A model generated the notes under the pieces. It made no database searches. It saw only the letters and a program-made list of their open reading frames with translations, and was not told the DNA's origin. Position numbers and translations under genes: made by a program. A DNA stretch of 50,474 nucleotides from an uncultured bacterium. GTDB taxonomy: Bacteria > Deinococcota > Deinococci > Deinococcales > Deinococcaceae. The first letter of the stretch is position 1; the number at the start of each line of letters is the position of its first letter. Shown here one piece after another: positions 33,620 to 42,087 of this stretch. The stretch lies in assembly GCA_964413135.1 (NCBI GenBank), contig CAYPSD010000001.1, forward strand, positions 19,102 to 69,575, in the 5' to 3' direction.

Positions 33620-34024
33620 TCAGGCGGCATGACCCTCCAGCACCTGACGCACCTGCGCCTCGGCGGCCTGCACCTGGGGGTCGTGTCTGGCCCGCTGGTA
33701 ACCGCTGCGAAACTCGGCGAAGCGGGTGTCGGCGCTGCTCAGCAGCAGGCCATACGCCTGGCTCGCGTCGGTGAACTGCCGCTCGGTCAGCACCGCATTT
33801 TTCTGGTCGATCACCTCATCTAGCGTGGACATCAGGCCCGAGAGCGGACGCAGCCACTGAAAGGCCGGGTCGCCGGTGACGAGATTGAAGAAGGTGTACG
33901 GCGAGGCGATCGGGCCGTGCATGAATTCGTATTCGCTTTTGGCAACAGCCAGCAGGGCCGAGTGAAACTGGCGCAGGGCGGCGGCCAGCTCGTCAAGGCG
34001 GGCGCGGACGGGTTCGGCAGTCAT
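33620..34024 (-). CDS. Hypothetical alpha-helical protein
   Basis: 134-aa ORF with normal codon bias, 15 bp upstream of pth; CACACT 7 nt before the ATG. Confidence 0.7.
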   Translation of the reverse strand: MTAEPVRARLDELAAALRQFHSALLAVAKSEYEFMHGPIASPYTFFNLVTGDPAFQWLRPLSGLMSTLDEVIDQKNAVLTERQFTDASQAYGLLLSSADTRFAEFRSGYQRARHDPQVQAAEAQVRQVLEGHAA

Positions 34025-34277
34025 GCCCAGCAGTGTGCCACACGCTGACCAGGCGCGGCCAGCCAGACGGACCCGGCCTGCTTTTCACTTCCGGCTGGAA
34101 AAGCGCCGGCGCGGGGTGCCAACGTCGTGAACGGACGGTCGTCGTGAGCAGCACCCGTAGGGAGTGACTCCTCTGCTTGGCCGCCCTGCGGGTCCTTTTG
34201 AGAATGCCCGCTCAGGTTCGTCTGCTAGATTTGTCTGCACCTCATTCTCAATTCCTGGCAGGCGCTAGCTTGAGGGC

Positions 34278-34793
34278 ATGTTGCGCTACCGGATCTTTTC
34301 CGCCGACGACTTCGCGGCCCTTGAGGCGCTCGACCTGGGCGTGCAGCGCCGCCTCGATCCCACGTTCGATACGCTTGAGGAGCGCGAGCGCGAGGGGCGA
34401 CTGCGCACCTCGCTGCCGGCGCTGAAATTCTTCGAGCGCAGCGAACACAGCTTTGTGGCCGAGCAGGGCGGGCAGGTGCTGGGGCTGCTGCTGGCCCAGC
34501 CGGTGTGGCAGGGCGACCGGCCCGTGGTGCTGGTGGTGCAGGTGCTGCTGGCCGATGACGCGCCGCCGGAAACGGCCAGCGGGCTGCTGCACGCCTGCGT
34601 CAAGAGCGCTTACGACACCGCCGTCTACGAGGTGCATTTTCCGCTGACGCCGGAACTTGAGCAGGCCGCCCACGCCGAGGAAGCGCACGTGCTGGGCCGC
34701 TACGCGGTGCGCCATCTGGGCAGCCGCCACGCCAGCGCCCCCGGCGAGCGCCTGACGCCCCCCCCAACGGCCCCCCATGTGCCGGACGCTTGA
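34278..34793 (+). CDS. DUF1999-like protein (GNAT-like fold, Deinococcus-Thermus type)
   Basis: 'ALKFFERSEHSFVA', 'LAQPVWQGDRP', 'VKSAYDTAVYEV' resemble DUF1999 as I recall it; TAGCTT 6 nt before the ATG. Confidence 0.7.
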   Translation: MLRYRIFSADDFAALEALDLGVQRRLDPTFDTLEEREREGRLRTSLPALKFFERSEHSFVAEQGGQVLGLLLAQPVWQGDRPVVLVVQVLLADDAPPETASGLLHACVKSAYDTAVYEVHFPLTPELEQAAHAEEAHVLGRYAVRHLGSRHASAPGERLTPPPTAPHVPDA

Positions 34794-34864
34794 AAGGCGA
34801 AAAACAGGTAGGCAGCCGCAGTGATCAGCCTTCACAATAAAAGGATGGTCAGGGAGGAAAGAAA

Positions 34865-35086
34865 ATGACACAAGCAACCAACAAGGCCCGCGTGCTGATC
34901 GGCGTGCGCGGCATGGACAAGGAAGCGGGCGAGCGCATCTCGAAGGTGCTGCTGGGGATGCCCGGCGTGACCCAGGCCCAGCCGGACCAGGCCCAGATCG
35001 CGGTGCAGTACGACCCCACCGCCCTCACGGTGATGGATCTGCTGCGGGCCATTCGCAAGCAGGGCTTTCTGGCCGGGATGCTCTGA
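34865..35086 (+). CDS. Heavy-metal-associated (HMA/CopZ-like) domain protein lacking CxxC
   Basis: 'VRGM...GV...V.YDP...L..AI.KQGF' matches the HMA scaffold; GGGAGGA RBS. Confidence 0.7.
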   Translation: MTQATNKARVLIGVRGMDKEAGERISKVLLGMPGVTQAQPDQAQIAVQYDPTALTVMDLLRAIRKQGFLAGML

Positions 35087-35093
35087 GCTTCCC

Positions 35094-35405
35094 GTGAGCC
35101 TGGGCTACATCGGCAGCCTGACCCTGCGCCTGGAAATGCCGTGGGTGACCAACCTCAAAGAAAAGCGGGCGCTGGTGCGGCCCGTCGTCGAGCGGCTCAA
35201 GGCCCGCTTTCCGGTGACGGTGGCGCGCCTCGACGGCCTCGATGCCCACGACTGGGAAATCATCGGGGTGGTGACGGTCAGCAACAACCACCAGTGGATC
35301 GAGGAGACGCTGCAACTCGCCGCCGACTTCGTGGCCGCCCAGGGCGAGTACCGGGTGACCAGCGAGGAGCGCGGCATCGTGCCGATCGAGGACGTGATGG
35401 ACTGA
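35094..35405 (+). CDS. DUF503 (YlxP-like) protein
   Basis: '[10 protein letters not shown]...[10 protein letters not shown]...D.HD...IGV..VSN' pattern; GTG start. Confidence 0.8.
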   Translation: MSLGYIGSLTLRLEMPWVTNLKEKRALVRPVVERLKARFPVTVARLDGLDAHDWEIIGVVTVSNNHQWIEETLQLAADFVAAQGEYRVTSEERGIVPIEDVMD

Positions 35406-35568
35406 GGCGCGCGGTCGGGCGAGGTGTTCCTGATCTTCGCCCGCCGCCCACACTGCCCACCGGACTGATGGCCTCCTGCACCCACGCGGCGCTGGGGGCC
35501 ACTTTGCTGAAACGCCGTTTCCTTAAGGCCCGTTGTCCTGAGCCGTGTCTTTGCACGCGCCGCCCCCT

Positions 35569-35603
35569 TGCTACAATCCCGGCTATCAGTGGAAGTGGTT
35601 CCA
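35569..35603 (+). promoter_or_regulatory. malQ promoter (extended -10) with downstream LacI-type operator
   Basis: TG-c-TACAAT (35569-35577); TGGAAGTGGTTCCA (35590-35603). Confidence 0.6.
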
Positions 35604-35665
35604 GCCCCGCCGCGACGCGCTCTTTAGGGAGTCAGGGCGGCGACCCTTCCAGTCAAGGAGACCGC

Positions 35666-37186
35666 ATGAGTATTCCCCGTTCCAGTGGCGTTTTATTGCA
35701 CCCCACCAGCCTGCCCGGTCCTTACGGTATCGGTGAACTCGGCGAGGAGGCCCGGCGCTGGGTCGACTGGCTCGCGGCGGCCGGGCAGCACTACTGGCAG
35801 GTGATGCCGCTCGGCCCCACCGGCTACGGCGACAGCCCCTACCAGGCGTTCTCGGCCTTCGCGGGCAATCCGTATCTGGTGTGTCTCGACACCCTGCGCG
35901 AGCAGGAACTGCTGCTCGACGTGGACTTCGACGCGGTGCCGGACTTCGGCGAGGACCGGGTGGATTTCGGGTTGCAGTACGTCTGGCGCAACCAGATGCT
36001 CAGCCGGGCCTTCTCGCACTTCGAGGCGGGCCGGGCCGAGGGGCAGATGGGCGAACTCGACGCCGAATTCAGCGACTTCAAAGCCAGCGAGCAGCACTGG
36101 CTGGCCGACTACGCCCTGTTCATGGCGCTGAAAAACGAGCAGGGCGGCCTGCCCTGGAACACCTGGCCGCTGCCGATCCGCCGGCGCGAGGCGGGAGCCA
36201 TGACCGAGGCCCGCACCCGGCTGGTGCGCGAGACCGAGCGCTACTCGTTTCAGCAGTTTCTGTTTTTTCGGCAGTGGACCGCTATTCGCAGCTACGCCGC
36301 CGAGCGGGGCGTGCAGGTCATCGGTGACATCCCGATTTTCGTGGCGATGGATTCCTCGGACGCCTGGGCCAACCCCGAGCAGTTCTTCTTCGACGACGAG
36401 GGCCAGCCGACGGTGGTGGCAGGCGTGCCGCCGGACTACTTCAGCGACACCGGCCAGCTGTGGGGCAATCCGCTCTACGACTGGGACGCCATGCAGAAAG
36501 ACGACTTCAAGTGGTGGATTCGCCGCTTCCAGGCCAGCTTGAAGCTCTACGACCTGATCCGGGTCGATCACTTCCGGGGCTTTGCCGGATACTGGGAAAT
36601 TCCGTATCCCGCCGAGACGGCCATGATCGGCGAGTGGAAACCCGCGCTGGGCCACCCGATGTTCAAGGCGGTGCAAGAAGCGCTGGGCGACCTACCGATC
36701 ATTGCCGAGGACCTGGGCGTTATCACGCCGGACGTCGAAGCGCTGCGCGACGACTACGGTCTGCCGGGCATGGCGGTGCTGCAATTCGCCTTCGGCGGCG
36801 GCGACTTCGCCGTGAACGCCTTCCTGCCGCACAACCTCAAGGAAAATCAGGTGGTGTACACCGGGACCCACGACAACGACACCACGCGCGGCTGGTGGCG
36901 CAACGCAGGTGAGGACGAGCGCCACACCTTCCGGGTCTACACCCACAGCGATCCCAGCGAGGAGAATTTCGCCTGGATGCTGACCGAGATCGCTTTCGAG
37001 TCGAAGGCCAACCTGGCGGTGGTGCCGCTGCAAGATTTGCTGAACCTGGGCAGCGAGGACCGCATGAACCTGCCGGGCAGCACTGGCCCCGAGAACTGGA
37101 CCTGGCGCTACCGCGAGGGTGCGGTGACCTTTGAGCTGGCTGGGCGGCTGCGCGACCTGACGGGGCGGACGAAGCGCTTGGTGTAG
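35666..37186 (+). CDS. malQ: 4-alpha-glucanotransferase (amylomaltase, GH77)
   Basis: 'GVLLHPTSLPG', 'GDIPIFV', 'RVDHFRGF', 'IAEDLG', 'YTGTHDNDT', 'RMNLPG'; AAGGAG RBS. Confidence 0.96.
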   Translation: MSIPRSSGVLLHPTSLPGPYGIGELGEEARRWVDWLAAAGQHYWQVMPLGPTGYGDSPYQAFSAFAGNPYLVCLDTLREQELLLDVDFDAVPDFGEDRVDFGLQYVWRNQMLSRAFSHFEAGRAEGQMGELDAEFSDFKASEQHWLADYALFMALKNEQGGLPWNTWPLPIRRREAGAMTEARTRLVRETERYSFQQFLFFRQWTAIRSYAAERGVQVIGDIPIFVAMDSSDAWANPEQFFFDDEGQPTVVAGVPPDYFSDTGQLWGNPLYDWDAMQKDDFKWWIRRFQASLKLYDLIRVDHFRGFAGYWEIPYPAETAMIGEWKPALGHPMFKAVQEALGDLPIIAEDLGVITPDVEALRDDYGLPGMAVLQFAFGGGDFAVNAFLPHNLKENQVVYTGTHDNDTTRGWWRNAGEDERHTFRVYTHSDPSEENFAWMLTEIAFESKANLAVVPLQDLLNLGSEDRMNLPGSTGPENWTWRYREGAVTFELAGRLRDLTGRTKRLV

Positions 37187-37248
37187 AGAAGGAAAGCCGT
37201 GGGCGTTCGTTCAGAGTCGGGTGGACCGTTTGCTCTACCCTGAGCGGC

Positions 37249-37833
37249 ATGAAACTGTATACCCGCACCGGCGACGGCGGCCAGACCGGACTCTACGGCG
37301 CAGACCGCGTGAGCAAGACGCATCCCCGCGTGGAGGCCTACGGCACGGTGGACGAACTCAACAGCGTGCTGGGCCTGGCCCGCGCCCACAACGCCCGCTC
37401 GCACACGCCGCAGGCCGACGTGGAAACCGACCTGGAATACCTGCAAAACGCGCTGTTCGACCTCGGGGCCGACCTCGCCACCCGCCACGACAGCGCCTAC
37501 GCCAAGAACATCGCCCGCATCGACGCCGAGGACGCCGCCTACCTGGAAGCCGTGATCGACCGCTACCAGGACAGTGTGGAGCCGCTCAAGCACTTCATTC
37601 ACCCGAGCGGCACGCCAGTGGGAGCCAGCCTGCACGTGGCCCGCAGTGTGGCGCGGCGGGCCGAGCGCGATGTGCTGCGGCTGATGGAGGTGGAAGACGC
37701 CAATCTCCAGGCGCAGATCTATCTCAACCGGGTGTCGGATCTGCTGTTCGTGATGGCCCGCGCCGTGAACGCCCGCGCCGGGCTGAGCGAGGAAGCCTGG
37801 AAGGTGAAGCCGAGGCGCAAGGCGGCGCAATAA
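37249..37833 (+). CDS. ATP:cob(I)alamin adenosyltransferase, PduO type
   Basis: 'KLYTRTGDGGQT', 'AYGTVDELNS', 'RRAER', 'YLNRVSDLLF'. Confidence 0.93.
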   Translation: MKLYTRTGDGGQTGLYGADRVSKTHPRVEAYGTVDELNSVLGLARAHNARSHTPQADVETDLEYLQNALFDLGADLATRHDSAYAKNIARIDAEDAAYLEAVIDRYQDSVEPLKHFIHPSGTPVGASLHVARSVARRAERDVLRLMEVEDANLQAQIYLNRVSDLLFVMARAVNARAGLSEEAWKVKPRRKAAQ

Positions 37834-37836
37834 GGG

Positions 37837-38448
37837 CTAATCCACCAGCACGATCTCCAGTCGCCTGGGGCCGTGAACCCCTTCCACCCGGCTCAGCTCG
37901 ATGTCGCTGGTCGCGCTCGGGCCGCTGATCCAGGTGAGCGGTTGCCCGGCTTCCACGGCTGCTTGCAGGGCCGCGACGGCCTGCGGCACGCTCTCGACGA
38001 CCTGCGCTGAGCGCACCACGCAGATGTGCCGGTCCGGAATCAGCGTCAACGCCCGCCTGCCCTGGCCGGGGCCGTGATCCAGCACCAGCGTGCCGGTTTC
38101 GGCGATGGCGACGGCGCAGGTGGTCAGCACGGCGTCGTAAGCGGCGAGATCGGCGTGGGTGATTTGCGGCTTGTGGGCCAGAGCCTGCGAGAAAAGACGG
38201 GCCGGAAAACCTTCCGGAACCAGCACGTTCTCTCCAGTCAGCAGATCGGTCAGGAAGGCAGGCAGCTCATCCTGGGCCACGCGGTGAACCTCGGCGCGGT
38301 ACTCGGCAGCGTACTCGGCAAACTGGGCCACGATCTCGGCGCGGGGACGGGTGGAGGCGGGAACAGCAGGCCGCTCAAGCTGCGGCCTCTCCCCCGCTGC
38401 GGTGGCCCGGTTGATGCGGGTCAGGATCTCTAAGCGAGCTTCACTCAC
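37837..38448 (-). CDS. lutC: Lactate utilization protein C (LUD domain)
   Basis: 'AIAETGT', 'ISGPSATSDIELSRVEGVHGP'; GTG start overlapping the lutB stop. Confidence 0.9.
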   Translation of the reverse strand: MSEARLEILTRINRATAAGERPQLERPAVPASTRPRAEIVAQFAEYAAEYRAEVHRVAQDELPAFLTDLLTGENVLVPEGFPARLFSQALAHKPQITHADLAAYDAVLTTCAVAIAETGTLVLDHGPGQGRRALTLIPDRHICVVRSAQVVESVPQAVAALQAAVEAGQPLTWISGPSATSDIELSRVEGVHGPRRLEIVLVD

Positions 38449-39875
38449 GTTTGTTCCTCTCCTCGCCACAGCTCACGAAACGATCTGGCTGGAAAGGCGG
38501 GCAGATTGCGCGAACTCGTCCAGCCGCCCAGCAGCCCCGGCAGGGCGTGAATCGCGCCGTGCTGCACCAGCGGCCCCTGCCCGGTGCGGGCCAGTTTGAG
38601 CGCTCCCTCAAAGCGGAACGGCTCGTTGAAAATCCAGGCGGCGGTTTTCATGGCGATGCTCTCGACACTGTTGTCAAAATTGTGCGCTTTGTGCGGCGTA
38701 ATCTGCCCGCGCAGATAAATCAGAATCTCGGGGATGTTGATCTTGACCGGGCAGGCGTCGTAGCAGGCCCCGCACAAGCTGCTGGCCCAGGGCAGCGAGT
38801 TGGCGTTCTCGTTTTCAAGTTGCAGCAGTTGCGGCGTCAGAATCGCGCCGATGGGACCGGGGTAGACGCTGCCGTAAGCGTGGCCGCCCGCCCGCTCGTA
38901 GACGGGGCAGACGTTCAAGCAGGCCGAGCAGCGAATGCAGCGCAGCGTTTCGCGGCCCACCTTGTCGGCCAGCACGTCGGTTCTGCCGTTGTCGAGCAGC
39001 ACCAGATGGAACTCCTGCGGGCCGTCGCCGGGCGTGACGCCGCTCCAGAAACTGGTGTAGGGATTCATCCGCTCGGCGGTCGAACTGCGCGGCAGCAGTT
39101 GCATGAACGGCGCGATGTCGGCCCACTCGGGCAGCACCTTCTCGATGCCCATCACCGAGATCAGCACGTCCGGCAGGGTCAGGCACATCCGCCCGTTGCC
39201 TTCCGATTCCACGATGCAGACCGTGCCGGTGGCGGCGATGGCAAAGTTCGCCCCCGAGACGGCCACTTTGGTGGTCAGAAACTTCTGGCGCAGGTACAGC
39301 CGGGCGGCCTCGGCCAGCACCTTCGGCTCGTCGGTGGGCAGGTCCGCGCCGAGTTCGCGCCGGAACAGATCGCGGATCTCGGCGCGGTTCTTGTGGATGG
39401 CTGGCACGAGGATATGGCTGGGGGTGTCTCCGGCGAGTTGCACGATCAGCTCGGCCAGGTCGGTCTCGACGGCGTGAATGCCCCGCGCTTCCAGCTCGGC
39501 ATTGAGTTCGATCTCGTCGCTGCTGATGCTTTTAACTTTGATGATTTCCTTCGCGCCGTGAGAGGCGGCGAGGTCGGCCACGATGCGGCGGGCTTCCTGC
39601 GCGTCTCTGGCCCAGTGCACCTGCCCGCCCCGGCGCTTGACACTGGCCTCCAGCGTCAGCAGATGCTCGGCCAGGTCGGCCAGGGCCGCGTCCTTGAGCG
39701 CCGCGCCGCGCGTGCGCAGGTCTTCCCAGTCGGGCAGCTCGGCCACCGCCCGCAGACGCTTTTCACGAATCGTGGTGGTGGCGTGCTTGAGGTTGCGCCG
39801 CATCTGGGTGTCTTGCAAGGTGTCTCTGGCCGCCTCGGGAAAGGGGCGCGGCGGGCGGATGCCTCCGGCGCTCAC
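38445..39875 (-). CDS. lutB: Lactate utilization Fe-S protein B
   Basis: 'ETDLAELI', 'CIRCSACLNVCP', 'SSLCGACYDACP'; GTG start overlapping the lutA stop. Confidence 0.93.
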   Translation of the reverse strand: MSAGGIRPPRPFPEAARDTLQDTQMRRNLKHATTTIREKRLRAVAELPDWEDLRTRGAALKDAALADLAEHLLTLEASVKRRGGQVHWARDAQEARRIVADLAASHGAKEIIKVKSISSDEIELNAELEARGIHAVETDLAELIVQLAGDTPSHILVPAIHKNRAEIRDLFRRELGADLPTDEPKVLAEAARLYLRQKFLTTKVAVSGANFAIAATGTVCIVESEGNGRMCLTLPDVLISVMGIEKVLPEWADIAPFMQLLPRSSTAERMNPYTSFWSGVTPGDGPQEFHLVLLDNGRTDVLADKVGRETLRCIRCSACLNVCPVYERAGGHAYGSVYPGPIGAILTPQLLQLENENANSLPWASSLCGACYDACPVKINIPEILIYLRGQITPHKAHNFDNSVESIAMKTAAWIFNEPFRFEGALKLARTGQGPLVQHGAIHALPGLLGGWTSSRNLPAFPARSFRELWRGEEQT

Positions 39876-40663
39876 AGCAGGGCCTCCGCGCTGACTTGCA
39901 TTGTGCCGACGGCTTCGGAGTTGCCAGGGCTGCTCGCCTCGGTACTCGCCAGAATCTCGGCCAGATGCACCACGCCCGCGCCGCTTTGCAACCGGCTGAG
40001 GCCGCCGCCGATGTGCATCAGGCAGGAGTTGTCGCCCGCCGTACACAACTCGGCTCCGGTGCCCAGCACGTTCTGCACCTTGTCGGCCAGCATCGCCGTG
40101 CTGGTTTCCGGGTTCTTGACGCTGAAGGTGCCGCCGAAGCCGCAGCACTGCTCACTGGCGGGGAGTTCAAGTAAGGTCAGGCCGCGCACGTTTTGCAGCA
40201 GTTGCAACGGAGCGTCGCCCACCCGCAGGAGCCGCGCCGCGTGGCAGGTCGGGTGGTAGGTGACGCGGTGCGGGTAGTACGCGCCGACATCGGTCACGCC
40301 CAGCACCTTGACCAGAAACTCGCTGAGTTCATAGGTGCGCTTTCCGAGTTCGGTGACTTCGCTCAGCAGTTCGGCGTCCCCGGCCCACTCGGCGGCCCTC
40401 GGGTACAAATCACGCACGAAGGCCACGCACGAACCGCTGGGAGCCACGATCACTTCCGAGTCGCGGAAATCGTTGACGAATTTGCGGATCAGCGGCAGCG
40501 CTTCTTTCTGGTAGCCGGTGTTGAAATGCATCTGGCCGCAGCAGGTCTGGGCCTCATTGAAGCGGACGGTGTGGCCCAGCCGCCGCAGCAGCCGCGCCGT
40601 CGCCAGCCCGGTCTGGGGAAACAGGGCGTCATTGAGGCAGGTAATAAACAGGTCTATCTTCAT
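39872..40663 (-). CDS. lutA: Lactate utilization protein A (CCG-domain Fe-S oxidoreductase)
   Basis: 'QTCCGQ', 'YHPTCH', 'CCGFGGTFSVK', 'SCLMHI'; ATGA overlap with rhaB. Confidence 0.93.
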   Translation of the reverse strand: MKIDLFITCLNDALFPQTGLATARLLRRLGHTVRFNEAQTCCGQMHFNTGYQKEALPLIRKFVNDFRDSEVIVAPSGSCVAFVRDLYPRAAEWAGDAELLSEVTELGKRTYELSEFLVKVLGVTDVGAYYPHRVTYHPTCHAARLLRVGDAPLQLLQNVRGLTLLELPASEQCCGFGGTFSVKNPETSTAMLADKVQNVLGTGAELCTAGDNSCLMHIGGGLSRLQSGAGVVHLAEILASTEASSPGNSEAVGTMQVSAEALL

Positions 40664-42063
40664 GATTGAACCGCAGCCGCCTTCGGAGAAAAAGTCTGCA
40701 ACGCGCACGAATCCCGCACGGTGCGGCGCAGTTCGGTGAGGGACAGCCCCGCCTGAATCAGCAGGTTGCCCATCAGGGTGGCTTCCACCGGGCCAGCGAT
40801 CACCGTTTTGCCGCTGGCATCGGCGATCAGTTGATTGAGCAGCGCAATCTGCGAGCCGCCGCCGACCACGTGCACGGTGTCAATCGGCTGGCCGCTCACT
40901 TGTTCCAGCGTGCTGAGAATCTGGGCTGTTTTGAGCGCCAGGCTGTCCAGCACACAGCGGGCCATCTCGGCAGGGGTCTGGGGCGCGGCCTGCCCGGTCT
41001 GGAGGCAGGCCGCCTGAACCCGCAGGGGCATATCCGCGCCGGGCGGCAGAAAGCGGGCGTCGTCGGGGTCAATGGTCGGGCCGCTCGCCACTTCAGCGGC
41101 CTGCGCGTAGAGGTCGGCGTAGTCCAGCTTCCAGACCTCGTTGCACTGCTGAATGATCCACAGGCCCATCACGTTCTTGAGCAGGCGGGTGGTGCCGCCC
41201 ACCCCCGCCTCGTTGGTCAGGTTCTCGGCCAGGCTGCGGGCGTTGATGACGGGCCGGGGCGTTTCTATGCCGACCAGGCTCCAGGTGCCGCTCGACACGT
41301 AGGCCCACTGGCGGCCCTCGGCAGGCACGGCAGCCACCGCCGAGGCCGTGTCGTGGGTGGCGGGCAACCGGACGTGGGTGCCGGTCAGCCCGGTTTCGTG
41401 CTCGACCTCGGGGCGGAGTGCGCCCAGGTCGCTGCCGGGCTCGTGGACCGGCGGCAGCAGGGAAAGCGGAAGCTTGAGTGCGTCCAGCAGTTCGGCGGCC
41501 CACCCTCCGGTGTGCGGGTTGTAAAACTGGGTGGTGCTGGCGTTGGTCCGCTCGGTAACCGCCGCGCCGCACAGCCAGAAGTGCAGCAGATCGGGAATCA
41601 TCAGCAAACGGTCTGCCCGCTTCAATGTCTCCGGCGCTTCGGCGGCGAGCTGATAGAGCGTGTTGAACGGCAGAAACTGGATGCCGGTGGCGGTGTAGAT
41701 TGCTTCGTCCGAGAGCTGAGCCCGCACCCGCTCCATGACGCCCCCGAGGCGCGGGCTGCGGTAGTGGTGCACCTGACCGAGCAGGTCGCCGCCCCCGTCG
41801 ATCAGGCCGTAGTCCACCGCCCAGGAGTTGACGCCGATGCTGGCAACCTCGCCGCGCCGGGAGGCCAGCTTGAGGCCGTGCAACAGCTCGCGCCACAACC
41901 CCAGGATGTCCCAGTAAAGCTGCCCGCGCACCGGCACGCCGCCGTTGGGAAAGCGGTGAAGGATCTCCACCTTGAGTGCGCCGCCTTCCAGCGTGCCCAG
42001 GGCGACCCGGCCACTGGAAGCCCCCAGGTCAACGGCGAGGTGGCGAGAAGTCATGGGAAGCAT
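40660..42063 (-). CDS. rhaB: Rhamnulokinase
   Basis: 'AVDLGASSGR', 'SWAVDYGL', 'TGIQFLPFNTLYQL', 'HDTASAV', 'SSGTWSL', 'GPVEAT'. Alternative start 42054. Confidence 0.93.
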   Translation of the reverse strand: MLPMTSRHLAVDLGASSGRVALGTLEGGALKVEILHRFPNGGVPVRGQLYWDILGLWRELLHGLKLASRRGEVASIGVNSWAVDYGLIDGGGDLLGQVHHYRSPRLGGVMERVRAQLSDEAIYTATGIQFLPFNTLYQLAAEAPETLKRADRLLMIPDLLHFWLCGAAVTERTNASTTQFYNPHTGGWAAELLDALKLPLSLLPPVHEPGSDLGALRPEVEHETGLTGTHVRLPATHDTASAVAAVPAEGRQWAYVSSGTWSLVGIETPRPVINARSLAENLTNEAGVGGTTRLLKNVMGLWIIQQCNEVWKLDYADLYAQAAEVASGPTIDPDDARFLPPGADMPLRVQAACLQTGQAAPQTPAEMARCVLDSLALKTAQILSTLEQVSGQPIDTVHVVGGGSQIALLNQLIADASGKTVIAGPVEATLMGNLLIQAGLSLTELRRTVRDSCALQTFSPKAAAVQS

Positions 42064-42087
42064 CCCGGTGAGCGCCGCCGACCTTTC

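Noticed and set aside
37187..37248. Possible cobalamin riboswitch before the adenosyltransferase
   Set aside because: The gap is only about 60 nt and the gene looks leaderless; no B12-box seen.
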